This document shows, in pieces, positions 50,367-60,517 of a stretch of 64,000 nucleotides of DNA. A program made the translations under genes and the position numbers. Source of the DNA: a bacterium (lineage in GTDB: Bacteria; UBA8248; JACPRG01; G963555815); contig CAUVWX020000001.1 in NCBI GenBank assembly GCA_963555815.3, positions 128,001-192,000 of the forward strand. Reading direction: 5' to 3'. Every line of letters starts with the position of its first letter. Position 1 is the first letter of the stretch. The notes under the pieces were generated by a model. It ran no database searches. It was given only the letters and a program-made list of their open reading frames with translations, and was not told the DNA's origin.

Positions 50367-51781
50367 CGAGGAGGGGCGGCTTGGCAAGAGGACGGAAGAA
50401 ACCCTGGGGTGGCCGATTCACGGCGGAAAGCTCCCCCTCGGCCGAGGCCTTTACCGAATCTGTATCCTTTGACCAGAGACTCTGTCTCCACGATGTCCAC
50501 GGCAGCATCGCTCACGCCCGGATGCTGGCCAAGTGCGGCATCATCTCACGGACCGAGGGTCAAAAACTCGTCAAGGGGCTTCGGGCCATTGAGAAAGAGA
50601 TGGTGGAGGGGAAATTCCCCTTCGACCCAGGCCTGGAGGATATCCACATGAACGTGGAGGCCCGTCTCATGAAGAAGGTGGGCCCCCTCGGCGGGAAACT
50701 CCACACCGCAAGAAGCCGAAACGATCAGGTGGCCCTCGATCTCCGCCTCTATCTCAGGGACGCCATCCTGGAGATCCAAAAGGCCATCCGCCGCCTCAAG
50801 AAAGTCCTCCTGGATCTGGGCGAGAAGAACCTGGATGTGGTCATGGCGGGATACACCCACCTTCGCCGCGCCCAGCCGATCCTCTTCGCCCACCACCTCC
50901 TCGCCTATGTCGAGATGTTGAAACGGGATGAGGAGCGCCTCATCCAGTGCGCCGAGCGGGTCAACGTCCTCCCCTTGGGCAGCGGGGCCCTCAGCGGGAC
51001 CTCCTATCCCATCGACCGGGCTTACGTGGCAAAACTCCTGGGCTTCGGGGGGGTCTCCCAAAACAGCCTGGACGCCGTCTCGGACAGAGACTTCGTCGTA
51101 GAGTTCTTGGCCGCTGTCTCGCTCCTGATGATGCACTTAAGCCGTTTTGCCGATGAGCTCATCCTCTGGTCGGGGGAGGAGTTCGGTTTCCTGACGCTTC
51201 CTGAAACCTTCTGCACCGGAAGCTCGATGATGCCTCAGAAGAAGAACCCCGATGTCCTGGAGCTGCTTCGGGGGAAAACGGGCCGGGTCTACGGTGCGCT
51301 CGTGAGTGTGCTGACCCTTCTCAAAGGTCTCCCCCTCACCTATCACCGGGATCTCCAAGAGGACAAGGAACCCCTCTTTGACGCAGTGGACACTGTGCTG
51401 GCGAGTCTAAAAGTCCTGGCAGAGCTGGTCAGGGGGATTTCACTCTCCCCCGCCCAGAAGGCCCGCCTTCGAGAGGCGGCTGAGGGTGATTTCACCCTCG
51501 CCACGGAGATGGCCGACTATCTTGTTCGAAAAGGGGTCCCCTTTCGCCAGGCTCACCAGATCACGGGCCGCGTCGTCCGGCACTGCGAGGCCCAGAATCT
51601 GGGCCTTCGGGACCTGGATCTGAAGGGTCTTCGCCGTTTTTCGAAGGTGTTCGAAGCCGATGTCTTTGAGGCCCTGACCGTGGAGCGGGCCCTTCAGTCC
51701 CGCTCCAGCCCCGGAGGTACGGCCCCACGTAATGTCCGACGCCGTCTTAGAGAGGAGCGAAAAGGATGCGGACCTTTGTGA
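50363..51781 (+). CDS. argH: Argininosuccinate lyase
   Basis: WGGRF, HTARSRNDQ, GSSMMPQKKNPD. Confidence 0.97.
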   Translation: MTRRGGLARGRKKPWGGRFTAESSPSAEAFTESVSFDQRLCLHDVHGSIAHARMLAKCGIISRTEGQKLVKGLRAIEKEMVEGKFPFDPGLEDIHMNVEARLMKKVGPLGGKLHTARSRNDQVALDLRLYLRDAILEIQKAIRRLKKVLLDLGEKNLDVVMAGYTHLRRAQPILFAHHLLAYVEMLKRDEERLIQCAERVNVLPLGSGALSGTSYPIDRAYVAKLLGFGGVSQNSLDAVSDRDFVVEFLAAVSLLMMHLSRFADELILWSGEEFGFLTLPETFCTGSSMMPQKKNPDVLELLRGKTGRVYGALVSVLTLLKGLPLTYHRDLQEDKEPLFDAVDTVLASLKVLAELVRGISLSPAQKARLREAAEGDFTLATEMADYLVRKGVPFRQAHQITGRVVRHCEAQNLGLRDLDLKGLRRFSKVFEADVFEALTVERALQSRSSPGGTAPRNVRRRLREERKGCGPL

Positions 51782-51882
51782 TCTTGGCCCTGATCGCTGC
51801 CCTTCTCGGGGCAGGGATCGGCTGCGGGAAAAAAGCGGAACCAGAAGTTCCAAAAGAGCCTATTTTTCCCGCAATCCGTTAA
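51766..51882 (+). CDS. Small lipoprotein (LptM/YifL-like), not in the ORF track
   Basis: MRTFVILALIAALLGAGIGCGKKAEPEVP..; CG.K lipoprotein motif, located after argH. Confidence 0.65.
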   Translation: MRTFVILALIAALLGAGIGCGKKAEPEVPKEPIFPAIR

Positions 51883-52140
51883 AGGGGTCTAAATCGTCTG
51901 ATTAGGTGCTTCGCGCCCGTGGATCCGGCTGGTCCTAGGCGTGAAACGCTCTGTATCTGTGGCGAAAGGTCTTGCGAGGGACCTAGATATAAAGTATATT
52001 GCTTTAAAGGAGAAATCTGTGGGCAACCTGAGCGGACGCTCGGGGTGCTGGATGCCCATTTGATTCGCCTGCCCTTGCAGGCCCAGCGGGGTTAACGAGG
52101 GCTTTCAACGAAAGCTTTCAAAGAGAAGGGTTGCGCAATC

Positions 52141-54015
52141 ATGGTCGAGGACGGCAGCAAGGCAAAGGGAGACCTGCCGGAGAAGACCGTCGAGGAGTTA
52201 GAGACGGTCGCTATCCGCTTCAGCGGAGACTCGGGCGACGGGATGCAGCTCGCCGGTGGCCGCTTCACCAGTGCGACAGCTCTGGCGGGCAATGACCTGA
52301 GCACACTCCCGGACTTTCCGGCTGAGATCCGGGCGCCGGCGGGGACACTGGCGGGGGTCAGCGGCTTCCAGATCAACTTCAGCAGCTTGGATATCCATAC
52401 TCCCGGCGACAGCCCGGACGTCCTGGTGGCGATGAACCCCGCGGCCCTCAAGGCCAACGTTCAAGACCTTCGCCGCAACGGGATCATCATCGTCAACACT
52501 GACAACTTCAACGACAAAAACCTAGCCAAGGCCGGCTACGAGACAAACCCCCTCGAGGATGAAAGCCTCAGCGCTTATCGGGTCTTTCAGGTGGACATCA
52601 GCAAGCTGACCCGACTTGCCCTCCAGGACATGGGGCTCTCGCCCGGCATGGTCGATAGGTCCAAGAACTTCTTCGCCCTGGGCCTCATGTTTTGGCTTTA
52701 TCACCGACCCATGGAACAGACCTTGGAGTGGATCCAGACCCGTTTCAAGGCCGACCCTCAGATCGCCGAAGCCAACACTCGTGCCTTCAACACGGGATAC
52801 AACTTCGGGGAGACGACGGAACTATTCACTACGTCCTACGAGGTGAGGCAGGCCCAGTATGCCCCCGGCAGGTATCGGAACATCATGGGCAATGACGCCC
52901 TGGCCATGGGCTTGGTCGCCGCCTCACGCCTCTCGGGCCTTCGGATCCTCTATGGAAGTTACCCCATCACTCCGGCGAGCGACATCCTCCATGCCTTAGC
53001 CCGGTACAAAAACTTTGGCGTCCTGACCTTTCAGGCGGAAGATGAGATTGCGGCCGTCGGTTCAGCCATCGGGGCCTCCTTTGGAGGCCTTCTCGGGGTG
53101 ACGGGAACGAGCGGGCCGGGCCTCGCCCTCAAAGCAGAGTCCATCAATCTCGCCATGATGGTCGAGCTCCCCCTGGTCGTCATCGATGTCCAGCGGGGAG
53201 GCCCCAGCACAGGCCTTCCCACGAAAACGGAACAGGCCGACCTCCTCCAGGCCATCTTCGGTCGAAACAGCGAGTCTCCGGTGCCTGTGGTGGCCCCGGC
53301 GACCCCCGGCGACTGCTTTTTCATGGCCATCGAGGCCGTCCGGCTGGCGGTGAAATACATGACCCCCGTCCTCTTCATGAGCGACGGCAATCTGGGCACT
53401 GGGGCCGAGCCGTGGCTCATCCCCCACGTGGACGACCTGCCAAAGATAGAGGTCAACTTTCGAACCGACCCCGAGGGCTTCCAGCCCTATATCCGCAACC
53501 CGGACACCTTGGGCCGGCCCTGGGCCATCCCGGGAACACCGGGCCTGGAGCACCGGCTGGGGGGGATCGAGAAGGAGGAGCTCACCGGAAACGTCAGCTA
53601 CGACCCCCAGAACCATGAGCGAATGGTAAGACTTCGGGCCGAGAAGGTGGCCAGGATTGCTCAGGACATCCCGCCACTTGAGATCGAAGGGGACTCAACG
53701 GGGGACCTCCTCATCGTGGGATGGGGGAGCACATATGGTGCCATCACGACGGCCGTGAGCCATTTCCGGGCCAAGGGGGCCAAGGTCTCCATGGTCCACC
53801 TCAGACACCTGAACCCCTTGCCCTCCGATCTCGGGGACATCCTCTCTCAGTTCAAGAAGGTCCTGGTTCCAGAGCTTAACCTGGGCCAGCTCCTCAAGCT
53901 CATCAGGGCGGAGTATCTGGTGGACGCCGTGGGGCTGAACAAAATCCAGGGGCAACCCTTCAAGGTGTCGGAGATCGAGGCCAAGATTACAGAACTAACC
54001 GGGGTATCCCTATGA
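52141..54015 (+). CDS. 2-oxoacid:ferredoxin oxidoreductase alpha subunit
   Basis: GDSGDGMQ, PAEIRAP, YPITP, QRGGPSTG. Confidence 0.93.
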   Translation: MVEDGSKAKGDLPEKTVEELETVAIRFSGDSGDGMQLAGGRFTSATALAGNDLSTLPDFPAEIRAPAGTLAGVSGFQINFSSLDIHTPGDSPDVLVAMNPAALKANVQDLRRNGIIIVNTDNFNDKNLAKAGYETNPLEDESLSAYRVFQVDISKLTRLALQDMGLSPGMVDRSKNFFALGLMFWLYHRPMEQTLEWIQTRFKADPQIAEANTRAFNTGYNFGETTELFTTSYEVRQAQYAPGRYRNIMGNDALAMGLVAASRLSGLRILYGSYPITPASDILHALARYKNFGVLTFQAEDEIAAVGSAIGASFGGLLGVTGTSGPGLALKAESINLAMMVELPLVVIDVQRGGPSTGLPTKTEQADLLQAIFGRNSESPVPVVAPATPGDCFFMAIEAVRLAVKYMTPVLFMSDGNLGTGAEPWLIPHVDDLPKIEVNFRTDPEGFQPYIRNPDTLGRPWAIPGTPGLEHRLGGIEKEELTGNVSYDPQNHERMVRLRAEKVARIAQDIPPLEIEGDSTGDLLIVGWGSTYGAITTAVSHFRAKGAKVSMVHLRHLNPLPSDLGDILSQFKKVLVPELNLGQLLKLIRAEYLVDAVGLNKIQGQPFKVSEIEAKITELTGVSL

Positions 54016-55040
54016 GTCCAGTCAAAGAAGGCAAGAAGCTCACAAGGAAAGATTTCACCTCAGACCAGGCTGTCCGTTGGTGCCCCGGATGCGGAGACTA
54101 TGCCGTCCTGGCCCAGGTCCAAAACATCTTCCCAGACCTCGGGGTCTCCAAGGAGAACATCGTGTTTGTCTCGGGGATCGGGTGTGCCGCCCGTTTTCCC
54201 TACTACATGAACACGTATGGCTTCCACGGGATCCACGGTCGTGCCCCCGCGCTCGCGACCGGCCTCAAGGTGGGACGGCCGGAGCTCTCCGTGTGGGTCG
54301 TGACGGGCGACGGAGATGGTCTAAGCATCGGGGGAAACCACCTTATCCACGTCATTCGGCGAAACGTAGACCTGAACATCCTTCTCTTCAATAACCGCAT
54401 TTACGGCCTCACGAAGGGGCAGTATTCGCCCACCTCTGAGGTGGGAAAGAAGACCAAGTCCACGCCCATGGGCTCGGTGGACGCCCCCTTGAACCCTTTG
54501 AGCCTGGTCCTCGGCTCACAGGCCTCCTTCGTGGCGAGAACCCTGGATCGGGATCTGGCCCACTTGCGGAAGACCATCCTGCGGGCCCATGAGCACAAAG
54601 GGACCTCTTTCGTCGAGATCTATCAGAACTGTCCAGTCTTCAACGACGGCGCCTTCGAAGTCTTCACGGACAAGAAGGAGGGGCCGGACCATGTCCTGGA
54701 CCTGGAGGACGGGAAGCCGTTCATCTACGGCAAGAACAAGGACCGGGGGGTTGCCCTGAAGGACGGACGCCTCGAGGTGGTAAGCCTCGGAAATGGAGGA
54801 GATGAATCCTCACTGATGGTCCATCGAGAGCATGACCCAGATCCCACTTTCGCCTTTATGCTTTCTCAGTTCGGCGACACGCGTCCTGATCTTCCCACGC
54901 CGATCGGAGTCCTTCGGGCGGTCGATCGCCCCACCTTCGAAGACGGCATGACGAACCAGGTGAAGGGGATCATCGAGAAGCAGGGCGAGGGGGACCTGGA
55001 AGCTCTCCTCAATAGCAGAGATTCCTGGCTCGTGGAGTGA
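54012..55040 (+). CDS. 2-oxoacid:ferredoxin oxidoreductase beta subunit
   Basis: WCPGCGD, GIGC, HGR, GDGD, YGLTKGQ.SPT. Confidence 0.93.
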   Translation: MSPVKEGKKLTRKDFTSDQAVRWCPGCGDYAVLAQVQNIFPDLGVSKENIVFVSGIGCAARFPYYMNTYGFHGIHGRAPALATGLKVGRPELSVWVVTGDGDGLSIGGNHLIHVIRRNVDLNILLFNNRIYGLTKGQYSPTSEVGKKTKSTPMGSVDAPLNPLSLVLGSQASFVARTLDRDLAHLRKTILRAHEHKGTSFVEIYQNCPVFNDGAFEVFTDKKEGPDHVLDLEDGKPFIYGKNKDRGVALKDGRLEVVSLGNGGDESSLMVHREHDPDPTFAFMLSQFGDTRPDLPTPIGVLRAVDRPTFEDGMTNQVKGIIEKQGEGDLEALLNSRDSWLVE

Positions 55041-55072
55041 GGAGGGGGGAAACCCCCGTTTGAGTGTATGAA

Positions 55073-55100
55073 GGGGAAACCCCAAAAAAGGGGTTTCCCC
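55073..55100. other. Perfect 11-bp hairpin between the oxidoreductase and ndk
   Basis: GGGGAAACCCC-AAAAAA-GGGGTTTCCCC. Confidence 0.6.
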
Positions 55101-55115
55101 TAATTTTAAGGGGCC

Positions 55116-55532
55116 ATGGAGAAAACCCTAGCCATCATCAAGCCCGACGCCGTTTCCCGAGGGCTCACAGGAGAAATCCTGAGGCGCATTGAAGGGGCGG
55201 GGTTTCGGCTCATCGGAATGCGCCTCATCCGGATGACCAAAGCAGAGGCAGAGGGGTTTTATCAGGTCCACCGGGAAAAAGCCTTTTATCAAAGCCTCGC
55301 CTCCTATATGTCCTCAGGCCCATCCACCGTCATGGTCCTGGAAAAGGAGGGGGCCATTCTCTCCTGGCGGGAGATGATGGGAGCGACCGATCCGGCCGCA
55401 GCGGCCCAGGGTTCCATCCGCAAGGAGTATGGCCTTGACGTCGAGCGGAACTCGGTCCACGGCAGTGATAGCCCCGAGTCCACCGCCTTCGAGATCCCCT
55501 TCTTTTTCCAGAAGGCAGATCTAATTTCTTAA
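55116..55532 (+). CDS. ndk: Nucleoside-diphosphate kinase
   Basis: TLAIIKPDA, NSVHGSDS. Confidence 0.97.
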   Translation: MEKTLAIIKPDAVSRGLTGEILRRIEGAGFRLIGMRLIRMTKAEAEGFYQVHREKAFYQSLASYMSSGPSTVMVLEKEGAILSWREMMGATDPAAAAQGSIRKEYGLDVERNSVHGSDSPESTAFEIPFFFQKADLIS

Positions 55533-55584
55533 CCCCGTCGGCTTAAATGGACAACCGGGCCTTCTTGAGATCGGATTTGCCGGC

Positions 55585-56592
55585 TCACGCCGCTTCAGGA
55601 TGGGGTCCGGGGACAATCCGGTTTCGCAGCTCTCCGATGTCTTGGACAACGCAGCGCACGACATCTCCCGGCTTCAAGTAGTAGTCCTCAGGCGTCTCTC
55701 GGAACGCGGCCACGCCGGAGGGGGTCCCCGACGTGATGATGTCCCCCGGCTCCAGCGTCATCCTAGACCAGTAGGAGACGAGCTCGGGGAGCTTGAAGAT
55801 CATGTCCCGGGTATTCCCTCTCTGACGGGGCTCGGGCTCCTCGTTCACCCAGAGCTCCATGTCCAGCTGTTGGGGGTCCTTGATCTCATCTGAGAGGACC
55901 ATATGGGGCCCCATGGGCGCCAAGGTGTCCAGGTTCTTCCCCATCAGAAGAAATCCCACCTTCATTTCCCCCCGTTGGATGTCCCGAAGGCTCAGGTCGT
56001 TGAAGACGGTGTAACCGGCGATATGATCCAGGGCTCGTTCAGGCGGGATGTATTTCCCCCCCCTGCCGACGACAAAAGCCACCTCCACTTCATAGTCCAG
56101 CTCCTGGGAATCCCGCGGGTAGAGGACAGGATCTTCATGGCCGATGATGGTGGAAGACGCCTGAAGAAAACCCATTGGGAATCTGGGCCGGACGGCCTTC
56201 GGGTTCTCCCGGAGGTGATCTTCGAAATTAAAGCCCATGGCAATAACCTTCCCGGGCCGGGGAATGGGAGCAAGAAACCGGACCTGGCCCGCTTCGTGAA
56301 GGGCGGGCGTCCCTTTTGCCCCCTTCAGCTCCACCCCGCGGTCCCTCGCCTCACGGACAAAATCGAGGATCCTTCGCGCGGTCTCGATGGCCGGAGAACC
56401 CCCCTTGAGAAAGCCGATTATCCCCTCCCGCCCCCAGGCGACCCGCTGGGCGATGGCTCCAGGGTCTCTTCGGTCGGCGAGAAAGATCTGGTAGGCGAGG
56501 CTGAGGTCGGCCACCGCGCCGTCTTCAAGGACGAGGCCGACCCGGGGCCCGATGAGATCGACGGGACGTGTTTCGAAGGTGGCGAGCTTCAT
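55585..56592 (-). CDS. Fumarylacetoacetate hydrolase family protein
   Basis: LDYEVE, NDLSLRD, GK, TLEPGDII.SGTP.GV. Confidence 0.9.
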   Translation of the reverse strand: MKLATFETRPVDLIGPRVGLVLEDGAVADLSLAYQIFLADRRDPGAIAQRVAWGREGIIGFLKGGSPAIETARRILDFVREARDRGVELKGAKGTPALHEAGQVRFLAPIPRPGKVIAMGFNFEDHLRENPKAVRPRFPMGFLQASSTIIGHEDPVLYPRDSQELDYEVEVAFVVGRGGKYIPPERALDHIAGYTVFNDLSLRDIQRGEMKVGFLLMGKNLDTLAPMGPHMVLSDEIKDPQQLDMELWVNEEPEPRQRGNTRDMIFKLPELVSYWSRMTLEPGDIITSGTPSGVAAFRETPEDYYLKPGDVVRCVVQDIGELRNRIVPGPHPEAA

Positions 56593-56879
56593 CTCCAGCC
56601 TCTGTGCTTACGGTGCGTCACGGAGGCGTTCCCTGCTATGGTCATCGCTCTATCTCCTATCCTTTGACAACCCTAAACCCGCTCAACAGATAAGTGTGTC
56701 CATGCGAAGCGAACTGATCGCTTTAAAACTCCCGCGCTCCCCACAAATTCTAGCGGCCTCTTGAGAAGCGAGGCAACGGAAAAGGAAATGGGCCCAAGGG
56801 ATATGGGCTTGACAGCGGATGGCGAGACTGGTTGTCTAAGACAGTTTATTGATGGGCGGTGCTTCAAAAGGGGGTCCCC

Positions 56880-56999
56880 ATGCCTGAACCCGAAGATTCC
56901 AAATATCGCCACCTCTGGTGGCATGGATGTGCCTTGAGGATCCTGGGGGCCTCATTGGTGGCCCTCATCGCCATCTTCGCCATCTCCTACACTCGTTAG
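56880..56999 (+). CDS. Candidate 39-aa single-TM protein, not in the ORF track
   Basis: MPEPEDSKYRHLWWHGCALRILGASLVALIAIFAISYTR; AAGGGGG RBS; TTGACA at 56809; overlaps the convergent gene. Confidence 0.35.
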   Translation: MPEPEDSKYRHLWWHGCALRILGASLVALIAIFAISYTR

Positions 57000-57509
57000 C
57001 CTCGGCGGAGTCGGAGCCTGGATTCCATGTTCCTCTAAGAGATCCGCCAATCGCTTACAGTTAATGAGCTCCACAGGGGAGCCCTCCAGGATCTTGTCCA
57101 CCTCCTGTGAGAAGTAGCCGGTGGTGATGAGGATGCCCTTCAGGGCGCGCTCGTGCCGCACTGTATCACTAAGTCCGATGACCGGCGCCGAATCCACGAT
57201 CTGATCCCTAGGCGCCAGGATCCCATGGACCAGATAGGTCCCGCCAAGGACCGGGTGCGGGTGGACAGCGACAATGTCCAGCTTCCCGGGCTCCTCGGAA
57301 AAGACCTCCCGGGCCTCCAGGCTCCAGGCCTCCAGCAACCGGAGACATAGCTCCTTAAACTCCTCGGGATGAAGTTCGCCGAAGGGTTCGAGGGCGGCCG
57401 GGGGCTCCTCGTAGTAGGCCGGCTCCATGGCAATGGGAGGGGCGCTTCGGCGGATGAGAAAAATGAGGGCAAATCCGATCAGGATGGAGACGATGATGAG
57501 GCCCAGCAT
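56952..57509 (-). CDS. Membrane-anchored Mrr-like restriction-endonuclease-fold protein
   Basis: N-terminal TM; FKELC..LL, LDIVA, KGILITTGYFS, VELIN..L..LL. Confidence 0.7.
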   Translation of the reverse strand: MLGLIIVSILIGFALIFLIRRSAPPIAMEPAYYEEPPAALEPFGELHPEEFKELCLRLLEAWSLEAREVFSEEPGKLDIVAVHPHPVLGGTYLVHGILAPRDQIVDSAPVIGLSDTVRHERALKGILITTGYFSQEVDKILEGSPVELINCKRLADLLEEHGIQAPTPPRLTSVGDGEDGDEGHQ

Positions 57510-57608
57510 CGAGGCTCCCGCCTGGGGAAAGAAGGCACTCCCTTGGGTTCAAACCCCCGCCCGGCGCTAAATGGGGATGGGTTTGCCCCGGCGGCCTATG
57601 ACGGCCGC

Positions 57609-57776
57609 CTACTTCATCATCTCGTCGTAGATCTCGTCCTTGCGGCCCTTGCGGATCAGCTTATCATTTCGAAAGGCCTGGCGGAGGGCGAGCCACGTGG
57701 CGATGCCAATGAGGATAAGCATGCCCGAGATGGGGATATTGTCAGGCTTTAATAGAATCTCAAGAAACTGCTGCAT
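57609..57776 (-). CDS. 55-aa membrane protein with a KPDNIPI motif, not in the ORF track
   Basis: MQQFLEILLKPDNIPISGMLILIGIATWLALRQAFRNDKL..; GGAGG RBS. Confidence 0.65.
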   Translation of the reverse strand: MQQFLEILLKPDNIPISGMLILIGIATWLALRQAFRNDKLIRKGRKDEIYDEMMK

Positions 57777-57855
57777 TCCGCTAGAAGCCTCCTGGAACTT
57801 ATTATGGCAAGGGCTTGAAGGGGATTCAAGCTTTTCAAGAGAAAGGGGAAAATTG

Positions 57856-57886
57856 TTGACAGGGGACCCTGAGTTAACTATTTAAT
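57856..57886 (+). promoter_or_regulatory. Sigma70-like promoter for the ferredoxin gene
   Basis: TTGACA at 57856 followed by AT-rich TATTTAAT. Confidence 0.45.
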
Positions 57887-57955
57887 AAACAAAGAGAAAT
57901 CTGGATGGATTGCGGGGACTCCCGCCACATCTTTAATTGGCAACCGGAGGTGTAA

Positions 57956-58408
57956 GTGGCACATTTCATCACAGATACCTGTATCGGTTGTGGGATCTGT
58001 GAGATTAAGTGCCCGACCGACGCCATTGCTGGACGCAAAAATGACCTCTTCGTCATCGACCCCCCCCTTTGCATCGACTGCGACGTGTGCGGCCGCTACT
58101 GTCCGGTCGAATGCATCCTGGACGAATTTGGAAAGGTCATCCCGCGCATCCGCTCCAAGGACATGCCAAAGGCCGAGGTCATCCCGGAGCTCTGCAACGG
58201 GTGCAACTACTGTGTGGAGATCTGCCCCTTCGACTGCATCAGCCTGGAGAGCGTCGAGGGCTGGGACAATATCCAGGTGGTCGCCCGGGTGCATGAAAAG
58301 GAATGTGTCGGATGCCAGCTCTGTGAGGCGTTCTGCGATAAGGAGGCCATCGTTGTCCCCCTCACGGAGGGTAAAACCAAACTGGAGAAGGTTCTCGCCC
58401 ACTACTGA
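57956..58408 (+). CDS. Polyferredoxin (four 4Fe-4S motifs)
   Basis: Four CxxCxxCxxxC motifs. Confidence 0.9.
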   Translation: MAHFITDTCIGCGICEIKCPTDAIAGRKNDLFVIDPPLCIDCDVCGRYCPVECILDEFGKVIPRIRSKDMPKAEVIPELCNGCNYCVEICPFDCISLESVEGWDNIQVVARVHEKECVGCQLCEAFCDKEAIVVPLTEGKTKLEKVLAHY

Positions 58409-58438
58409 GGGGGCCGAGGCGGGTTGATTACGGATATA

Positions 58439-58477
58439 GGTCTGAGAGCGAGGAGAGGGGCTCTCAGGCCTTTTTTG
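58439..58477 (+). terminator. Intrinsic terminator
   Basis: GGTCTGAGAGC..GCTCTCAGGCC followed by a T-tract. Confidence 0.65.
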
Positions 58478-58490
58478 TTCGCGGGTTGAG

Positions 58491-60005
58491 ATGGAATCGG
58501 GAGGCGCTTTTGTGGATCGCAATCTCCCCATGAGATTCCTCAGTCGCCGGAGAGGGTTGAGCTCCCCAGTGAGCTCAAAACGCCTGGTCCGCGGCTTGGG
58601 ATGGGGGGTTCTCCTTGGGCTATGGGCGTGCGCCGCCACTCCCCCGCAGGAGCCGCTGCCCCTGGTTTCCCCCCCTGTGAGCCTGGCGGATCTGGCCGAT
58701 CAGTTAAAACCGCTGGTTGTCCACGTCCGCACTTATGCCGGTAGCCAAACCGAGCGATCTCTTCAAGACACGGGCCCTTCTCAGGACCTTCGGGAGTTTT
58801 TCCGCCCTTTCTCTGGTCCTCCTTTTTCCGAAGAGGTGCCGGCCGGCGGGACGGGGGCCGGCTTCCTGATTGACCCAGATGGCTTCATTCTCACAAATCA
58901 CCACGTGGTGCAGGGGGCCGAGCGGATCACGGTCCGGCTGGCGAATGGAAGAGAACTTCCGGCCCGCCTCGTGGGAGATGACCCGAGGACCGACCTGGCC
59001 CTCCTAAAGGTGGAGGCGGCACAGAAACTTCCAGCGGCCCAGCTGGGCAACTCCGATAAACTGCGCGTCGGAGACGGCGTCCTGGCCATCGGCCACCCCT
59101 TTGGTCTCGAACAGACGTTGACGGCCGGGATCGTGAGTGCCAAGGGCAGGGTCCTGGGGATCGGGTCCTTTGACGATTTCATCCAGACCGACGCCTCTCT
59201 TCGTGCGGGAAGTAGTGGCGGTCCCCTCTTCAATCTCCAGGGCGAGGTGGTGGGCGTCAATACGGCCATTGTCCCTGAGGCGAGCGGCATCGGGTTTGCC
59301 ATCCCCGTCAATCTGGTCAAGCATCTTCTGCCAGACCTCAAGATCGGGCGAAGGGTCCGAAGGGGCTGGATCGGAATCGCCGTCCAGGATCTCCAGGAGG
59401 AAGTGGTGCTTCATCTGGACCTTGACTCGACTGAGGGCGCCCTGGTGACCGAAGTGATCGAGGGAGGGCCCGCTGAGGAGGCAGGTTTTCATCCTGGAGA
59501 CGTCATCCTGGAATCGGGCGGAGTCCAGGTGACGCAAAGCCAAAACGTCCTTCGAGCCATCGCCGAAGCCCCCGTTGGGGCAACACTCGCCCTGAGGGTC
59601 TTTCGAGCGGGAAAGAGGTTTGAACTGGAGGTTCAGATTGAGGAGCTGCGTGAGGTTCCGTCGTTCCGACCGCGCCGCCGTCCACCATCGCACCTCCCGC
59701 TGGGGCTTGACCTGAAACCCATTACCTCTCAGATCACCGAGCAACTTGACCTAAAAGACCCAGCCGGCCTCTTCGTGCGGGCCGTTGATGAAGAGGGGCC
59801 TGCTTACCGCGTCGGCGTCCAACCGGGGGATGTCCTGAGGGCCGTGAACCTAGAGGCCGTTCGCACGGTGGAGGCCTATGAAGCGATCCTGACCGCTGCC
59901 AAAGGTCCGACCGTCCTCCTCTTGCTTGAGCGCGAGCATCAACGCTTTTTCCGGGTCGTGAGGTGGCCTGAACGGTCCGACCCGGTCAGCCAGCTGGGAA
60001 AGTAA
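58491..60005 (+). CDS. DegP/HtrA-family serine protease with two PDZ domains
   Basis: TNHHVV, DLALLK, QTDA..GSSGGPL, two PDZ domains; start uncertain. Confidence 0.9.
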   Translation: MESGGAFVDRNLPMRFLSRRRGLSSPVSSKRLVRGLGWGVLLGLWACAATPPQEPLPLVSPPVSLADLADQLKPLVVHVRTYAGSQTERSLQDTGPSQDLREFFRPFSGPPFSEEVPAGGTGAGFLIDPDGFILTNHHVVQGAERITVRLANGRELPARLVGDDPRTDLALLKVEAAQKLPAAQLGNSDKLRVGDGVLAIGHPFGLEQTLTAGIVSAKGRVLGIGSFDDFIQTDASLRAGSSGGPLFNLQGEVVGVNTAIVPEASGIGFAIPVNLVKHLLPDLKIGRRVRRGWIGIAVQDLQEEVVLHLDLDSTEGALVTEVIEGGPAEEAGFHPGDVILESGGVQVTQSQNVLRAIAEAPVGATLALRVFRAGKRFELEVQIEELREVPSFRPRRRPPSHLPLGLDLKPITSQITEQLDLKDPAGLFVRAVDEEGPAYRVGVQPGDVLRAVNLEAVRTVEAYEAILTAAKGPTVLLLLEREHQRFFRVVRWPERSDPVSQLGK

Positions 60006-60154
60006 CCCCTGCCTCAGACAATCCCTCAAAAACTCTTTGAGCCCCATGGGTGCACCTGGCTAGGGTAAAATCAATGACCCGCGGGGAGAAACCCTTGAGA
60101 CCGCCTGCCCCATCTCCTAAACTGGAGCCGATTTCACACGGAAAGGTGGGGAAC

Positions 60155-60472
60155 GTGGAAGAGGACAAGACTTTGCCGAGGAAGACTGAGGAAGTTTACT
60201 TGAAATCCGAGGTCGAGAAGGATCTTCTCGACCGCCTGGGCCGCATCGAGGGCCATCTTCGGGGGATCAGTCGCATGCTGGGTGAGCAAAAAAGCTGCGA
60301 CGATATCCTCATCCAGATTGCCGCTGTCCGAGCCGCCATGACTCAGGTTTCCATCAAGCTCCTGGAGGGGCACATGGATACCTGCGTGAGAGAGGGGATC
60401 CTGCGAGGCGAGGGAGAGCTCGCCATCAGCAACCTCAGGCGGGCCCTCTCCTCAGCGTTGAAACAGTTCTAA
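60155..60472 (+). CDS. CsoR/RcnR-family metal-sensing repressor
   Basis: RL.RIEGH.RGI, C..IL.QIAA, H...C. Confidence 0.85.
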   Translation: MEEDKTLPRKTEEVYLKSEVEKDLLDRLGRIEGHLRGISRMLGEQKSCDDILIQIAAVRAAMTQVSIKLLEGHMDTCVREGILRGEGELAISNLRRALSSALKQF

Positions 60473-60517
60473 TTTGAAAAGACGGCGAAGGGATTTCTAT
60501 CCTTCCTTCATTTCCCT

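Noticed and set aside
56697..56929. 6S RNA-like ncRNA
   Set aside because: Only a short terminal pairing (CCATGC/GCATGG) and a TGAACC motif; no long rod structure could be traced. A cmsearch against Rfam 6S models would settle it.
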